Shown in pieces: positions 22,945-33,858 of a DNA stretch of 64,000 nucleotides. The stretch's first letter is position 1. Each line of letters opens with the position of its first letter. Both the position numbers and the translations under genes were made by a program. Source of the DNA: Gammaproteobacteria bacterium (lineage in GTDB: Bacteria > Pseudomonadota > Gammaproteobacteria > JABABF01). Under the pieces are notes generated by a model, which was given only the letters and a program-made list of their open reading frames with translations, had not been told where the DNA came from and made no database searches. The stretch lies in assembly GCA_965237805.1 (NCBI GenBank), contig OZ250153.1, forward strand, positions 1,632,001 to 1,696,000. Direction: 5' to 3'.

Positions 22945-24975
22945 CTAATGAACCCCCGCTCCCCGCCGCGCCGTAGCCTCAGCAGCAACAATCTCTACAT
23001 AATACTCGCGCAGGACCTGGAAGGCCAGTTTTTTGCGGCCGTCGTCGCTGATCAGCCCCTTGCGGTTCCAGTGATCCTGCACCCCTTGGTAGAGCCGTAG
23101 CGGCGAGCGGAAATCCTTCAGGACCCACGGTGTCATGCCGACGACGCCGGGCTGCTCTTTCAGCATCGCGATCTGCTGCTGGTAGACCAGTGCTTGGTAT
23201 TCTTCACTGAACACCACCAGCTCTTCGCTCGGCGCGTGCATCCCGGCCAGCGCACCGGCCCCGAGCTCGCTGATGATCAACGCTTGGTCGGGCGGATGCT
23301 CGATGCGGATGCGCGGCATATTCTCGAGCATGATGCGGCGCGCATAGTGGCTGTCAAAGGGAGTGAAGAGCGCCAGCGCACCAGCGTAATACCAGCCGAA
23401 ATATTGGTTCAGTGCCGGCACATCCAAGACCTCGGCGAGTGGGTCGAGCAGCGGGTAGCTCCAGCGCTCGGGCGAGAAGCCCAGCAGCGCTGGCAGATAG
23501 CTGCCCAACATGAAATCCTGCAGCTCCTCTGCGGTGGTCCGCAGGGCGGCGGTCACCAGTCGCGAGCCGTCCAAGCTGCGTACATGGTCGGCCAGCGCGG
23601 ACATGAAGCGCAGCCTCTCCTCGTTGCTCGGCGTCTCGTTGCCGATACTCCACAGGATGACCGAGGCGCGGTTGCGGTCGCGTGCAATCACGGCGCTGAG
23701 CTGAGCGCGCGCCGAGCGCAGGGTATTGGGATTGGTGAAATCAATGCTCCAGTAGACCGGGATCTCTTCCCACAGCAATAGCCCCATGCGGTCGGCGACC
23801 AGCGCCAGATGCCGGCTGTGTGGGTAGTGGGCGAGGCGCACGAAGTTGCAGCCCAGCTCGCTGGCCCAGCCCAACAGCCGCTCGGCATCGGCGCGGCTGT
23901 GGCCACGCCCGCGCCCCATGCCAGCCTCATCGTGCGCGGCGATGCCGCGCAGGAAAATCGGCTCGCCGTTGAGCAGCAGCTGTGCGCCCCTGAGCTCGAT
24001 GGTGCGGAAGCCGACCTCGTCGACCAGCGCGTCCTCGGCGGCTTGCCACTCCACTCGGTAGAGCCGCGGATTGTGCGGTGACCAGCGCTCGGGCGCAGCC
24101 GGTAGCTCAAAGCGCCCCCGCCCGTCGGCATCGGTGTCGATGTGCCGCTGCAGCCCGAGCTCGGGAATGCGTAGCTCGGCACCCTCGGCGCGGCGCGGGC
24201 CAGCCACTTCGATCTGCCCTTGCAGCCGCTCGCCGTCGGCGCTGAGTTCGATGCTGTATGCGCGGATATAGCTGTCCGGCACTTCTATTAGCAGCACATC
24301 GCGCGTCAGGCCGCCGTAGTTGTGCCAATCGGTGAGCGCGGTGGGGATGTCGGCCTCCGCTGAGCGATTGTCCACCTCGATCACCAGCAGATTCTCGCCG
24401 TTGCGCAGTCGCTCGCTGACATCGAAGTTGAAGGGCGTGAAGCCGCCGCTGTGACGGCCGAGCAGCTGGCCGTTGAGATAGAGCGCGCTGTGGTAATTGG
24501 CGGCGCCCAGCCACAGGAAGACGCGCTTGCCGGGGCGTGGCGCGTAGTTGAAGACGCGCTTGTACCAGACGGTGCCCTGATAGAACAGCAGGCTCGGATG
24601 CTGGCTGTTCCAGTCGCCGGGAACCGCCAGCGTCAGGCCGTTATCAAAGGAGAACTCGGCCAGATCACTGGGGTGGCCCGGCTCCGAGGCGCGGGGTGCG
24701 ATCCCCAGCAGCGCGCCGCGCCCATAGGGATCGACAACCGCTTGCCAAGTGCCGTTCAGGGAGTGCTGCTCGCGCAGCTGCACCGATTGCAACAGCGCCT
24801 CGCCGCTGTGCCCGCCGCGCTCGCCGAGAGAGCGCTGGTAGTCGACCATCTGTTTGACTTCCTGCGGCCAGTTGCCGAACCAGATGTAGCCGGTCAGAGC
24901 GAGCAGCAGGACACCGAGCGCGAAGCAGACAGCGCCGAGCGCCGCCCACCATTTGGACTTGAGTGCAATGTGCAT
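22945..24975 (-). CDS. GH2 beta-glucuronidase-like glycosidase with N-terminal membrane anchor
   Basis: VPGDWN, DWHNYGGL, RLAHYPH, WSIGNE, ISELG and the WNRKG (N-K) motif. Confidence 0.85.
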   Translation of the reverse strand: MHIALKSKWWAALGAVCFALGVLLLALTGYIWFGNWPQEVKQMVDYQRSLGERGGHSGEALLQSVQLREQHSLNGTWQAVVDPYGRGALLGIAPRASEPGHPSDLAEFSFDNGLTLAVPGDWNSQHPSLLFYQGTVWYKRVFNYAPRPGKRVFLWLGAANYHSALYLNGQLLGRHSGGFTPFNFDVSERLRNGENLLVIEVDNRSAEADIPTALTDWHNYGGLTRDVLLIEVPDSYIRAYSIELSADGERLQGQIEVAGPRRAEGAELRIPELGLQRHIDTDADGRGRFELPAAPERWSPHNPRLYRVEWQAAEDALVDEVGFRTIELRGAQLLLNGEPIFLRGIAAHDEAGMGRGRGHSRADAERLLGWASELGCNFVRLAHYPHSRHLALVADRMGLLLWEEIPVYWSIDFTNPNTLRSARAQLSAVIARDRNRASVILWSIGNETPSNEERLRFMSALADHVRSLDGSRLVTAALRTTAEELQDFMLGSYLPALLGFSPERWSYPLLDPLAEVLDVPALNQYFGWYYAGALALFTPFDSHYARRIMLENMPRIRIEHPPDQALIISELGAGALAGMHAPSEELVVFSEEYQALVYQQQIAMLKEQPGVVGMTPWVLKDFRSPLRLYQGVQDHWNRKGLISDDGRKKLAFQVLREYYVEIVAAEATARRGAGVH

Positions 24976-25025
24976 GCGTGAACCCATCCATCAGGATTCC
25001 GGCGATGCGTTATTCTAAGGAGATA

Positions 25026-26177
25026 ATGAGTGAAGCCTACATTGTCGATGCCCTGCGCAGCCCCACCGGTCGCCGCAACGGCAGCCTCGCCAGCTGGCAT
25101 GGTGCCGATCTCGGTGCCGCGGTGTTGCGCGCCTTGGTCGATCGCAATGCGGTGCCAGCCGAGGACTACGACGATGTGGTCTTCGGTTGCGTCGATGCCA
25201 TCGGCCCACTGGCTGGCGACATCGCCCGCACCGCATGGCTCGCCGCCGGTTTGCCGGATGCCGTGCCCGGGGTGACGGTGGATCGCCAGTGCGGTTCTTC
25301 GCAGCAGGCGCTGCACTTTGCCGCCCAGGGGATCATGAGCGGCACCCAAGATGTGGTGGCGGTCGGCGGCGTACAGACCATGAACGCGATCCCGATCTCA
25401 GCGGCCATGCTGGCGGGGCGCGAATACGGCTTTGAGGATCCTTTTTCCGGCTCCGAGGGTTGGGTGGCGCGCTACGGCACAGAGACAGTGTCGCAATTCC
25501 ACGCCGCCGAGCGCATTGCCGAGAAATGGGATTTGAGCCGCGAAGAGCTGGAGCGCTACGCCCTGCAGAGCCACCAGCGGGCGGTGGCCGCCATCAAAGC
25601 CGGTTATTTCGACAGCCAGCTGTTGCCGGTAGGGGGTTTGGAGCATGACGAGACACCGCGTGCATCCACGACGCCAGAGAAGATGGCCAGCTTGGAGCCG
25701 CTGCTCGAAGGTGGTCGTCTGACGGCTGCCACCTCCAGCCAGACCTGCGATGCCTCGGCGGCTCTGCTGATGGTGTCCGAGAGTGCTATGAAGCGTTATC
25801 AGTTGCGCCCACGGGCACGCATTCACCATCTGAGCGTGCGCGGTGACGATCCGATCTGGATGCTGACAGCACCGATCCCGGCCACCCGCTACGCGATGGA
25901 AAAGAGCGGCATGTCCTTGGCGGACATCGATCTGGTCGAGATCAACGAGGCCTTCGCCTCAGTGCCACTGGCTTGGTTAGCAGAGACCGGCTATCCCGAG
26001 GAGCAGACCAATGTCAACGGCGGTGCCATCGCCTTGGGCCATCCCCTGGGGGCCACCGGAGCCCGCCTGATGACCGCCCTGCTATGCGAGCTGGAGCGGC
26101 GCGGTGGCCGCTACGGCCTGCAGACCATGTGCGAGGGCGGTGGGCAGGCGAATGTGACGATTATTGAGCGGGTTTGA
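25026..26177 (+). CDS. fadA6: Acetyl-CoA C-acyltransferase (thiolase), FadA6-like
   Basis: [22 protein letters not shown] and MCEGGG; close to Rv3556c. Confidence 0.85.
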   Translation: MSEAYIVDALRSPTGRRNGSLASWHGADLGAAVLRALVDRNAVPAEDYDDVVFGCVDAIGPLAGDIARTAWLAAGLPDAVPGVTVDRQCGSSQQALHFAAQGIMSGTQDVVAVGGVQTMNAIPISAAMLAGREYGFEDPFSGSEGWVARYGTETVSQFHAAERIAEKWDLSREELERYALQSHQRAVAAIKAGYFDSQLLPVGGLEHDETPRASTTPEKMASLEPLLEGGRLTAATSSQTCDASAALLMVSESAMKRYQLRPRARIHHLSVRGDDPIWMLTAPIPATRYAMEKSGMSLADIDLVEINEAFASVPLAWLAETGYPEEQTNVNGGAIALGHPLGATGARLMTALLCELERRGGRYGLQTMCEGGGQANVTIIERV

Positions 26178-26363
26178 TGTCTCAGCATTGTATTATTTTG
26201 ACCTTATGTATTTAGGGAGCCTAAAATCAGGTGCCTATAACACCGCTAAGGATACCAGAGAACCTGCCGAACCGAATGATCAGATTTCTGCAGACACGGT
26301 TAAATATGATATAGTCAGGAACTATGCCAACAAACCAGTAGATTTGGCTCGTAGCGTGGCAAC

Positions 26364-28649
26364 ATGATTACTAAGTTTCAGCTTATTAGAAACATTGGCA
26401 TTTTCGATTCAGTCGATACTGGCGCTCGACTGCTATTAAACCGATTTGCGCTGATCTACGCCGAAAACGGAAGAGGTAAGACTACGTTAGCGGAGATACT
26501 TAGGTCCCTTGGTAGCAACAACCCTCTTCCCATTTTGGAAAGACACCGCCTTGGTGCAAAGGGGCCACCACATGTTGTAATTGTAGATGACACTGATAAA
26601 GAATCTGTATTTGAGAACGGCATTTGGAGCAACTATTTCTCTAGTATTACGGTCTTTGATGATCACTTTGTTACAGAGAATATTTGCTCCGGCATGGAGG
26701 TTGAGATTACGCATCGGAAGAAGCTTCATGAGCTGATCATTGGTGAGCAAGGTGTCAAGCTAAACACAGATCTTCAAGGGCACATCGATCGCATTGAGCA
26801 ACATAATCGCGACTTAAAAATCAAAAAAGATAGAATTCCACATAATATCCTGCACAGCCTCACTGTCGATGCATTTTGTGAGTTAAAGGAGCAACCAGAC
26901 ATTGATGCATTGATAACAGAGGCAGAACGTGCTCTTGCTGCGGCACATCAGGCTGATGCCGTTCGACAGGCACCCTCTTTTGAACCCATTTCATTGCCAC
27001 CGATTAATTTATCAGACATCGAGGTGGTTCTGAGCACTCAACTCCAAAATCTAGAAGAAAGAACAGTGGGGCTTGTTCAAAAACACCTCAAAAAAATAGG
27101 AGACGCTGGAGAAGCTTGGGTCGGAGATGGTATGCTCCGTATCAAAGGTGCGTCCAACAATAGTGATAAGGGGACATGCCCCTTCTGCGCCCAAGACTTG
27201 AGTGGATCGCCAATTATTACCCACTACCGAGCCTATTTTAGCGGTGTATATGCGGAATTAAAAAGTCATATCGACACTGCTATCGGGAACGTTGAATCAG
27301 TACACACTGGAAAAGCTCTGGCAATCTTTGAGCGTAGCATTCGTCATGCTGAGCGCTCTAGAGAATTCTGGAAAACTTTTGTCAATGTTCCTGATATCTC
27401 AATTAATACAGAGGAAATCTCACTAGCATGGAACGAAGCAATTCAAGGTATTCTCAGAGATCTAAGAACCAAACAATCCGCGCCGCTCGATCCCGTTTCC
27501 ATTGATGATTCAATTCGCGAGAAGGTTCGTGCATTTGATCAGTTTCGAAGGGAAATTGAGCGACTTAGCGCAGACTTGCTACAGACTGGACAACAGATCG
27601 ATCGCGCTAAGGCAGAGGTTGCGGCAGCTGATGTCGCTGTATTGACAACCCGTCTTGGTAAACTTAAGGCTACCAAGGAACGATTTCTTCCACAAGTTAT
27701 AGTATTATGCGGTGCCTACCTTCAGGAAATTAGCGACAAGATCGCCACTGAGCATCGAAGGCAGACCGCGCGTGAAGCCTTGGATCAATATCGAGAACAT
27801 ATTTTCACGAATTATGAAACCGCGATCAATGAATATCTCGAAAAGTTCAATGTCGGATTTCAGTTAGGTAGTGTTAAGGCGGGGAATAGGGGGAAAAGTT
27901 CGACCTGTAATTATAACGTTTTAATCAATGACAAGGCTGTAGAATTGGCTCCCAGAGAAGGAGAGCAATCTTTCAAGAATACGCTCAGTGCAGGTGACAG
28001 AAATGCACTCGCGTTGGCATTTTTTTTGGCATGCCTTGAGCTTGACCCCAATCATAATCAAAAGATCGTGGTAGTTGATGACCCCATGACCAGCCTTGAC
28101 GAACATCGGCAGGGCACAACGATTCATGAAATTCGGCGGCTTTCAGGTAACGTTGCCCAGCTAATTATCTTCTCACACTCTAAGCAGTTTCTTTGCGGTC
28201 TCTGGGAAGGGGCCGACACGAATCTTCGTTCGGCTTGCCAGATTTCACGCGCTAACGATGGTTCCAAGCTTACTGAGTGGAATGTGAGTCAAGATTGTAT
28301 TACCGAGCATGACAGACGTCATGCGCTGGTCCGTTCTTACATTGATGGCTCTGCAAGCTCTAACAAGCGAGAAGTTGCTAGTGCTCTGCGGCTGATCTTG
28401 GAGTCGTTTGTACGGGTTGCATACCCAGAGTCATTTTGTCCTGGAGATTCATTGGGGGAGTTCATTCATCATTGCAAACGAGAAGAGGCTATCCTCTCTT
28501 GTGCAGATATCAGCAGCCTCGACGGCTTGCTGGTCTATGCGAATAAATTCCATCACGACAAAAACGTAGGCAGCCAGACTGCTGAGATCAATGAAACCGA
28601 GCTCCTTCATTTTGCCCGTGAAACATTGAGTTTTACAAAACGAGCCTAA
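26364..28649 (+). CDS. AAA_13 / RloC-like SMC-type ATPase
   Basis: Walker A ENGRGKT, zinc-hook CPFC, signature LSAGDR, Walker B VVDDP and a C-terminal NKFHH; low GC. Confidence 0.8.
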   Translation: MITKFQLIRNIGIFDSVDTGARLLLNRFALIYAENGRGKTTLAEILRSLGSNNPLPILERHRLGAKGPPHVVIVDDTDKESVFENGIWSNYFSSITVFDDHFVTENICSGMEVEITHRKKLHELIIGEQGVKLNTDLQGHIDRIEQHNRDLKIKKDRIPHNILHSLTVDAFCELKEQPDIDALITEAERALAAAHQADAVRQAPSFEPISLPPINLSDIEVVLSTQLQNLEERTVGLVQKHLKKIGDAGEAWVGDGMLRIKGASNNSDKGTCPFCAQDLSGSPIITHYRAYFSGVYAELKSHIDTAIGNVESVHTGKALAIFERSIRHAERSREFWKTFVNVPDISINTEEISLAWNEAIQGILRDLRTKQSAPLDPVSIDDSIREKVRAFDQFRREIERLSADLLQTGQQIDRAKAEVAAADVAVLTTRLGKLKATKERFLPQVIVLCGAYLQEISDKIATEHRRQTAREALDQYREHIFTNYETAINEYLEKFNVGFQLGSVKAGNRGKSSTCNYNVLINDKAVELAPREGEQSFKNTLSAGDRNALALAFFLACLELDPNHNQKIVVVDDPMTSLDEHRQGTTIHEIRRLSGNVAQLIIFSHSKQFLCGLWEGADTNLRSACQISRANDGSKLTEWNVSQDCITEHDRRHALVRSYIDGSASSNKREVASALRLILESFVRVAYPESFCPGDSLGEFIHHCKREEAILSCADISSLDGLLVYANKFHHDKNVGSQTAEINETELLHFARETLSFTKRA

Positions 28650-28871
28650 TCGAATCAACGGAGAATAATATAGAGCCAATAATTACAATTTTATATAGAG
28701 GATATGAACACCGGATTCGACGTGTCATTGTTTTGAGCATGATCATGTGGAAATCTTCTGTTCGTTGTTGATAAGATAACTTGGCAATGCCAGTGACAAG
28801 TGATATTGATTCCATCTCTCGCGTTTCGAACTGCTGCGTCTTCTTGTTCCCTACCCCACTTTCTCTTTACT

Positions 28872-29083
28872 ACTGGCCTAGCTAGCCGAAACCGACTACC
28901 CCAAAGAGCAGACCAACGTCAACGGCGGAGCCGTCGCCCTCGGCCACTCCCTCGGCACCACCGGTGCCCGCCTGATGACCCCTTGCTGTGCGAGTTGGAA
29001 CGGGCGGGGGGAGCTACGGCCTGCAGATCAGGTGCGAGGGCGGCAGGCAGGCAAATGTGACGATTATTGAGCGGCTGGGGTAG
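28872..29083 (+). pseudogene. Degenerate copy of the fadA6 3' end
   Basis: [24 protein letters not shown]...ANVTIIER aligns to 25967-26177 with substitutions and indels. Confidence 0.9.
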
Positions 29084-29157
29084 AGCCGCATAGCCACTCG
29101 CCCTAGGCGTTGGGATAACGCGGATACACAACGGCGAGGAAGTGGTTCTTGCCGTCT

Positions 29158-30345
29158 CTATTTGTCTGTACTTTTGCTCATCATATTTGACAGCGCTTCA
29201 TAGAAACCATGAGGTCCACTATCTTTAACGAATCCACTTGCACTTGGTCTGAATAGTGTTTGCAGCATCAGCTGCCTCTCTTCGCTTGATGGACCTTTGT
29301 CTTCACTTAGCAGTGCAAGATAGGTTTGGATCATGGTGGTGCGCTCATGTGCATCGCTATTTAGATGAAGGTTTGACATAAATATCTTGGCAGACAACTG
29401 CGTGAGCCATATAGTGAATGTTGAGGTGGCGAATACGATGCCAATCTTCCATAATGGGGTGTTTGTCGCAGTATCTTGGAGCAGCCAGACAGCAAGACAA
29501 ATGATCAATCCTAGGGAGATAAGCCCGCAGCCAAAGGTGAACCAGCCTGCTTTCTGCATGCCGTGCCGGTGAGATTCCTGTTTTTCTTTCCAGTACGTAA
29601 CTGGCGCTCGGAGTGCTATTGCTTCTTTGAAGGTTTTTTCCATGTTTGCAATCTTCGTTTCAGATTCTTGCATAAATTTGAGAAACCTCGCATCAGATTC
29701 TTGCATAAATCCTCGAAACCCCGCATCAGATTCTTGTGTAAATGTGTTGAACCACTCTTGCTGTTCCTGTACTTCTCGGTGTTGATTGCTGAATTTTGGC
29801 CCCCAGTCTTTCTTTAATCTCTCCAGAGATGCTACTTGCGCTGTTGCCGTCTCGGAAGTCCCCTGCCTATATTGCAGAGCTCGATATATGCCTTCTAGAC
29901 CGTGCATATTTATCATCCCATGGAGATTTATATTCTCACGACTCAAATTGAGTAGCGCATAGGCAGCGATGCCGTCGGCATGCTCATTATCTTCGTTGCG
30001 CAGATTAGAGACAAACTCGGCATCTGCCGATCCAGCTGTGATTGTATACCGTCCTAGTCTATTTATATCTGAGATCAGACTTTCTTTGAGCTGCTGTTGA
30101 ACTTCTGGATGGCCCCCACGGGCCTCATAATTTAAAATGAAGCCACCGATATGATCCCACCATTGGGCCATATTGCTCCAGATGGCCTGAAGATTCCTAT
30201 CTTCACGCTGTATCGTCTGAATCCATCCAAATGCATTTCTTTCTCCGTCGACCCACGTACGCAGCTCTTCAATACTGGCGAAATTTTGCTCGCCAGTATC
30301 AATTTTTAATGTAATTAAAGGTTGAGTGTCCTCTGCTTCGCTCAT
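29158..30345 (-). CDS. Coiled-coil, two-TM protein (DUF6161-like)
   Basis: [10 protein letters not shown], two TM helices, SNLHL..DAHER...TYLAL and LFRPSASG; contains three 33-bp internal repeats. Confidence 0.7.
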   Translation of the reverse strand: MSEAEDTQPLITLKIDTGEQNFASIEELRTWVDGERNAFGWIQTIQREDRNLQAIWSNMAQWWDHIGGFILNYEARGGHPEVQQQLKESLISDINRLGRYTITAGSADAEFVSNLRNEDNEHADGIAAYALLNLSRENINLHGMINMHGLEGIYRALQYRQGTSETATAQVASLERLKKDWGPKFSNQHREVQEQQEWFNTFTQESDAGFRGFMQESDARFLKFMQESETKIANMEKTFKEAIALRAPVTYWKEKQESHRHGMQKAGWFTFGCGLISLGLIICLAVWLLQDTATNTPLWKIGIVFATSTFTIWLTQLSAKIFMSNLHLNSDAHERTTMIQTYLALLSEDKGPSSEERQLMLQTLFRPSASGFVKDSGPHGFYEALSNMMSKSTDK

Positions 30346-30411
30346 GGGTCACTTCACCTCATCGAACAGCTACTATAAACTCAGCCGATACCCGCTGAGC
30401 AGACAACCACT

Positions 30412-30487
30412 TGGTGGAGCCGAGGGGAATCGAACCCCTGACCTCGACGTTGCGAACGTCGCGCTCTCCCGACTGAGCTACGGCCCC
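30412..30487 (-). tRNA. tRNA-Ala(CGC)
   Basis: GGGGCCGTAGCTCAGTCGGGAGAGCGCGACGTT-CGC-AACGTCGAGGTCAGGGGTTCGATTCCCCTCGGCTCCACCA; G3:U70 pair; encoded CCA. Confidence 0.95.
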
Positions 30488-30584
30488 CCTGAAGCCTGTA
30501 TTTTAAGGGCGCGGCACCGCTCTTGCCAAGACAGCGCGCCGCCGAGCAGCGCTGGCGGTGCCACCTCAGCCAGCTCAATCCGCT

Positions 30585-30616
30585 ATTCTTGACTTATTTA
30601 CTAGGTTATATATAAT
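30585..30616 (+). promoter_or_regulatory. iscR promoter with a type-1 IscR-like site
   Basis: ATTCTTGACTTATTTACTAGGTTAT overlaps TTGACT-16 bp-TATAAT. Confidence 0.65.
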
Positions 30617-30646
30617 AAGGCTCATGCAAGTCCCCCGTCTTCGCTT

Positions 30647-31099
30647 ATGAATCTCACCACTCGCGGTCGCTATGCGGTCACAGCCCTGCTGGATTTGACC
30701 ATGAACGAGGGTCGTACGCCCAGCACTCTGGCATCTGTGGCCGAGCGTCAAGGCATTCCGAGCTCCTATCTGGAGCAGCTCTTTGCGCGCCTGCGCCGCC
30801 GCCGCTTGGTGGTGGGTGTGCGCGGTCCGGGCGGCGGCTATCGCTTGGCCCAGCCGGCGGATAGCATCTCGGTGGCGCAGATTCTACGCGCCGCAGGCGA
30901 GGGGATTGAGGCCACCCGTTGCGGTGGCACAGCCGATTGTCATGGCGGCTCGCGTTGCCTGACCCATCAGCTGTGGAGCGATCTGGAGCAGTGCATCGAG
31001 AGCTTTTGTGATGGCATCACGCTGGGCGGCTTGGCGCGGCGTGAGCGGCATTGCGCCATCGCACCCCAAGCACCAGCATCTCTGGTGCTGGTCGACTGA
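30647..31099 (+). CDS. iscR: Fe-S cluster regulator IscR
   Basis: LTTRGRYAV, SYLEQLF, RGPGGGY and the three-Cys RC..C..CLTH motif. Confidence 0.92.
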   Translation: MNLTTRGRYAVTALLDLTMNEGRTPSTLASVAERQGIPSSYLEQLFARLRRRRLVVGVRGPGGGYRLAQPADSISVAQILRAAGEGIEATRCGGTADCHGGSRCLTHQLWSDLEQCIESFCDGITLGGLARRERHCAIAPQAPASLVLVD

Positions 31100-31123
31100 A
31101 AGACAGGACACCGGTACTCAATC

Positions 31124-32362
31124 ATGTCCACAGTGGCAAATATACAACCCCAGCGGCAGGTCTATATGGACTATGCGGCGACGACTCCGGTCGACCCGCG
31201 GGTCGTCGAGCGCATGGTCGAGTTCATGGGGCCACAGGGGGAGTTCGGCAATGCGGCCTCGCGTTCCCATGCCTATGGCTGGAAAGCGGAGGAGGCGGTC
31301 GAGGCGGCGCGTCAGCAGGTGGCCGATCTGATCGGTGCCGATGCCCGCGAGATTGTCTGGACCTCCGGTGCCACCGAGGCCGATAACTTGGCGATCAAGG
31401 GCGCGGCGACTTTTTATGCCGAGCAGCGCGGTCGCCACATCATCACTTCACGCATCGAGCACAAGGCGGTGTTGGACAGCTGTAGGCAGCTGGAGCGCGA
31501 GGGTTTTGAACTCAGCTATCTGGATCCGGATGCCGATGGTCTGGTGTCGGCGGACAGTGTCGCCGCCGCTCTGCGCGACGATACGGTGCTGGTCTCGCTG
31601 ATGCATGCCAACAATGAGATCGGCACGGTCAACGACATCGAGGCCATCGGCGCGGTCACGCGCGAACGCGGTGTGCTGTTCCACAGCGATGCGGCTCAGA
31701 GCGCCGGTAAGGTGCCGCTCAATGTGGAGCGTGCCCAAGTCGATCTGCTGTCGTTGTCGGCGCATAAGGTCTATGGTCCCAAGGGCATCGGCGCGCTCTA
31801 TGTGCGCCGTCGGCCGCGGGTGCGCATCGCCGCCCAATTGCACGGCGGCGGCCACGAGCGCGGCATGCGCTCGGGCACGCTGGCCACCCATCAGATCGTC
31901 GGCATGGGTGAGGCGATGGCGATCGCGGCGCGTGAGATGTCGGCCGAGGCGGAGCGCTTGTCCAAGTTGCGCGACCGTATGTGGGATGGGGTCAAAGACA
32001 TCGAGCAGGTCTTTCTCAATGGCCACGCCGAGCGGCACCTGCCGGGCCTGCTCAACTTCAGCATCAATTTTGTCGAGGGAGAATCTTTGCTGATGGCGCT
32101 CAAGGATGTGGCGGTGTCCTCCGGCTCGGCCTGCACCTCGGCCAGTCTGGAGCCCTCCTATGTGTTGCGGGCGCTGGGCCTAGAGGACGAATTGGCGCAT
32201 AGCTCGCTGCGCTTTTCGATGGGGCGCTACACCACCGAGGACGATGTCGATCAAGTGCTGGGGCAGCTGCTCGGTGCCATCGAGCGCCTGCGCGCGCTGT
32301 CGCCACTGTGGGATATGCACCGCGCCGGTGTCGATCTCAAACAGGTGCAGTGGGCGAGCTGA
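31124..32362 (+). CDS. iscS: Cysteine desulfurase IscS
   Basis: [27 protein letters not shown] and LSPLWDM motifs. Confidence 0.96.
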   Translation: MSTVANIQPQRQVYMDYAATTPVDPRVVERMVEFMGPQGEFGNAASRSHAYGWKAEEAVEAARQQVADLIGADAREIVWTSGATEADNLAIKGAATFYAEQRGRHIITSRIEHKAVLDSCRQLEREGFELSYLDPDADGLVSADSVAAALRDDTVLVSLMHANNEIGTVNDIEAIGAVTRERGVLFHSDAAQSAGKVPLNVERAQVDLLSLSAHKVYGPKGIGALYVRRRPRVRIAAQLHGGGHERGMRSGTLATHQIVGMGEAMAIAAREMSAEAERLSKLRDRMWDGVKDIEQVFLNGHAERHLPGLLNFSINFVEGESLLMALKDVAVSSGSACTSASLEPSYVLRALGLEDELAHSSLRFSMGRYTTEDDVDQVLGQLLGAIERLRALSPLWDMHRAGVDLKQVQWAS

Positions 32363-32473
32363 ACGGAACGGATATCATGCTGTCAGCCCGCGCCGGAAAC
32401 GGCGCTGTCTGGTGGCGTGGAACACAAGGATTGCGGCCCAGGCCAGCAGTCCGATGATCAGAGGAGATCAATC

Positions 32474-32887
32474 ATGGCTTATAGCGACAAGGTACTCGAC
32501 CACTACGAGAATCCGCGCAATGTGGGGGCGCTGGATGAGAAAGATGTCAACACCGGCACTGGCATGGTCGGCGCGCCGGCCTGTGGCGATGTCATGCGCC
32601 TGCAAATCCGCGTCGGCGAGAGCGATGTCATTGAAGATGCGCGTTTCAAGACCTATGGCTGCGGCTCGGCCATCGCCTCCAGTTCGCTGTTGACCGAATG
32701 GGTCAAGGGGCGCACTCTGGATGAGGCGATGGCGATACGCAATACCGATATCGTCGAGGAATTGGCGCTGCCGCCAGTGAAAATCCACTGCTCGGTGCTG
32801 GCCGAGGATGCCATCCGTGCCGCCATCGCCGATCTGCGGCGCAAGCGGGGCGAGGGCGGTGACAGCGCCGAGGCCAGCGAGGGCTGA
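32474..32887 (+). CDS. iscU: Fe-S scaffold IscU
   Basis: MAYSDKVLDHYENPRN, APACGD and LPPVKIHC. Confidence 0.96.
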   Translation: MAYSDKVLDHYENPRNVGALDEKDVNTGTGMVGAPACGDVMRLQIRVGESDVIEDARFKTYGCGSAIASSSLLTEWVKGRTLDEAMAIRNTDIVEELALPPVKIHCSVLAEDAIRAAIADLRRKRGEGGDSAEASEG

Positions 32888-32897
32888 CAGTGTGCCG

Positions 32898-33275
32898 ATG
32901 GCGACTGAGACAGCGCAGAGCGTTGCCGCACCCCCTGCCAGCGGTGCGGCGCGCGGTATCCAGCTGAGCGAAGCTGCCGCCGCCCACATCCGCGGCCAGT
33001 TGGAGCAGCGCGGCTGCGGCCTCGGCGTGCGCCTGGGGGTTAAGACCACCGGTTGCTCGGGCCTGGCCTACACGCTGGAGTTTGTCGACACCGCTGCCTA
33101 TGGTGACCAGGTCTACGAGGCGCACGGCATCAAGTTGTATGTCGATCCCAAGAGCTTGGTCTACCTAGATGGCACGGCGATGGACTTTACCCGCGAGGGA
33201 GTCAACGAAGGTTTGGTTTTCAGCAATCCGAACAGCAGCGGCGAGTGCGGTTGCGGCGAAAGCTTTCACATCTAG
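32898..33275 (+). CDS. iscA: A-type carrier IscA
   Basis: TTGCSGLAY and CGCGESF. Confidence 0.93.
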   Translation: MATETAQSVAAPPASGAARGIQLSEAAAAHIRGQLEQRGCGLGVRLGVKTTGCSGLAYTLEFVDTAAYGDQVYEAHGIKLYVDPKSLVYLDGTAMDFTREGVNEGLVFSNPNSSGECGCGESFHI

Positions 33276-33288
33276 CGGGGCGCTGGCC

Positions 33289-33858
33289 GTGGCGGAACTG
33301 GCTGCTGAGGCGATGGCTGCGGCGGCTGACTTGGCAGCGCCGCCTGCCACCATCGACTTTTTTGCATTGTTTGGCTTGCCGTGCCGCTATCCGATGGATC
33401 GCCCGCAGTTGGATCGCCATTACGATGCCTTGCAGCGCCAGCTGCATCCCGACAACTATGTCGCCGCCAGCGCCGCCGAGCGCGACTTGGCCCTGCGCCG
33501 CTCCAGCCAAGTGAACGAGGCCTATCAGACACTGCGCTCGCCGCTGGCACGCGCCCGCCATCTGCTCGTCTGCCGAGGGGTGGCCAGCGATGACGAGTTG
33601 CAGGAGGGCACTGTCGACGACAGCGCCTTTCTGATGGCCAATCTCGAGCTGCGCGAGCAGATCGCGGCGCTGGCCGAGCGCGGTGACGGCCCTGGCCTGC
33701 GTCAGCTGGCACACTCCCAGACGGCGGCCTTTGAGGCCTTGGCCGAGGACTTTGGCCGCGCCGATGTCGAGGGCCGCGGCGCTGCCGCGCTGGAGCTGTT
33801 CCGGCGCATGCAATTTGTCGCCAAGCTGCGCGACGATGCCGAGCAGCGAGCCGCCTGA
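33289..33858 (+). CDS. hscB: Co-chaperone HscB (start approximate)
   Basis: J-domain HPD, NEAYQTL and FLM..LELRE. Confidence 0.88.
   Translation: MAELAAEAMAAAADLAAPPATIDFFALFGLPCRYPMDRPQLDRHYDALQRQLHPDNYVAASAAERDLALRRSSQVNEAYQTLRSPLARARHLLVCRGVASDDELQEGTVDDSAFLMANLELREQIAALAERGDGPGLRQLAHSQTAAFEALAEDFGRADVEGRGAAALELFRRMQFVAKLRDDAEQRAA

Noticed and set aside
29084-30487. Integrase-type island at tRNA-Ala
   Set aside because: No integrase, and I found no duplicated tRNA 3' end.
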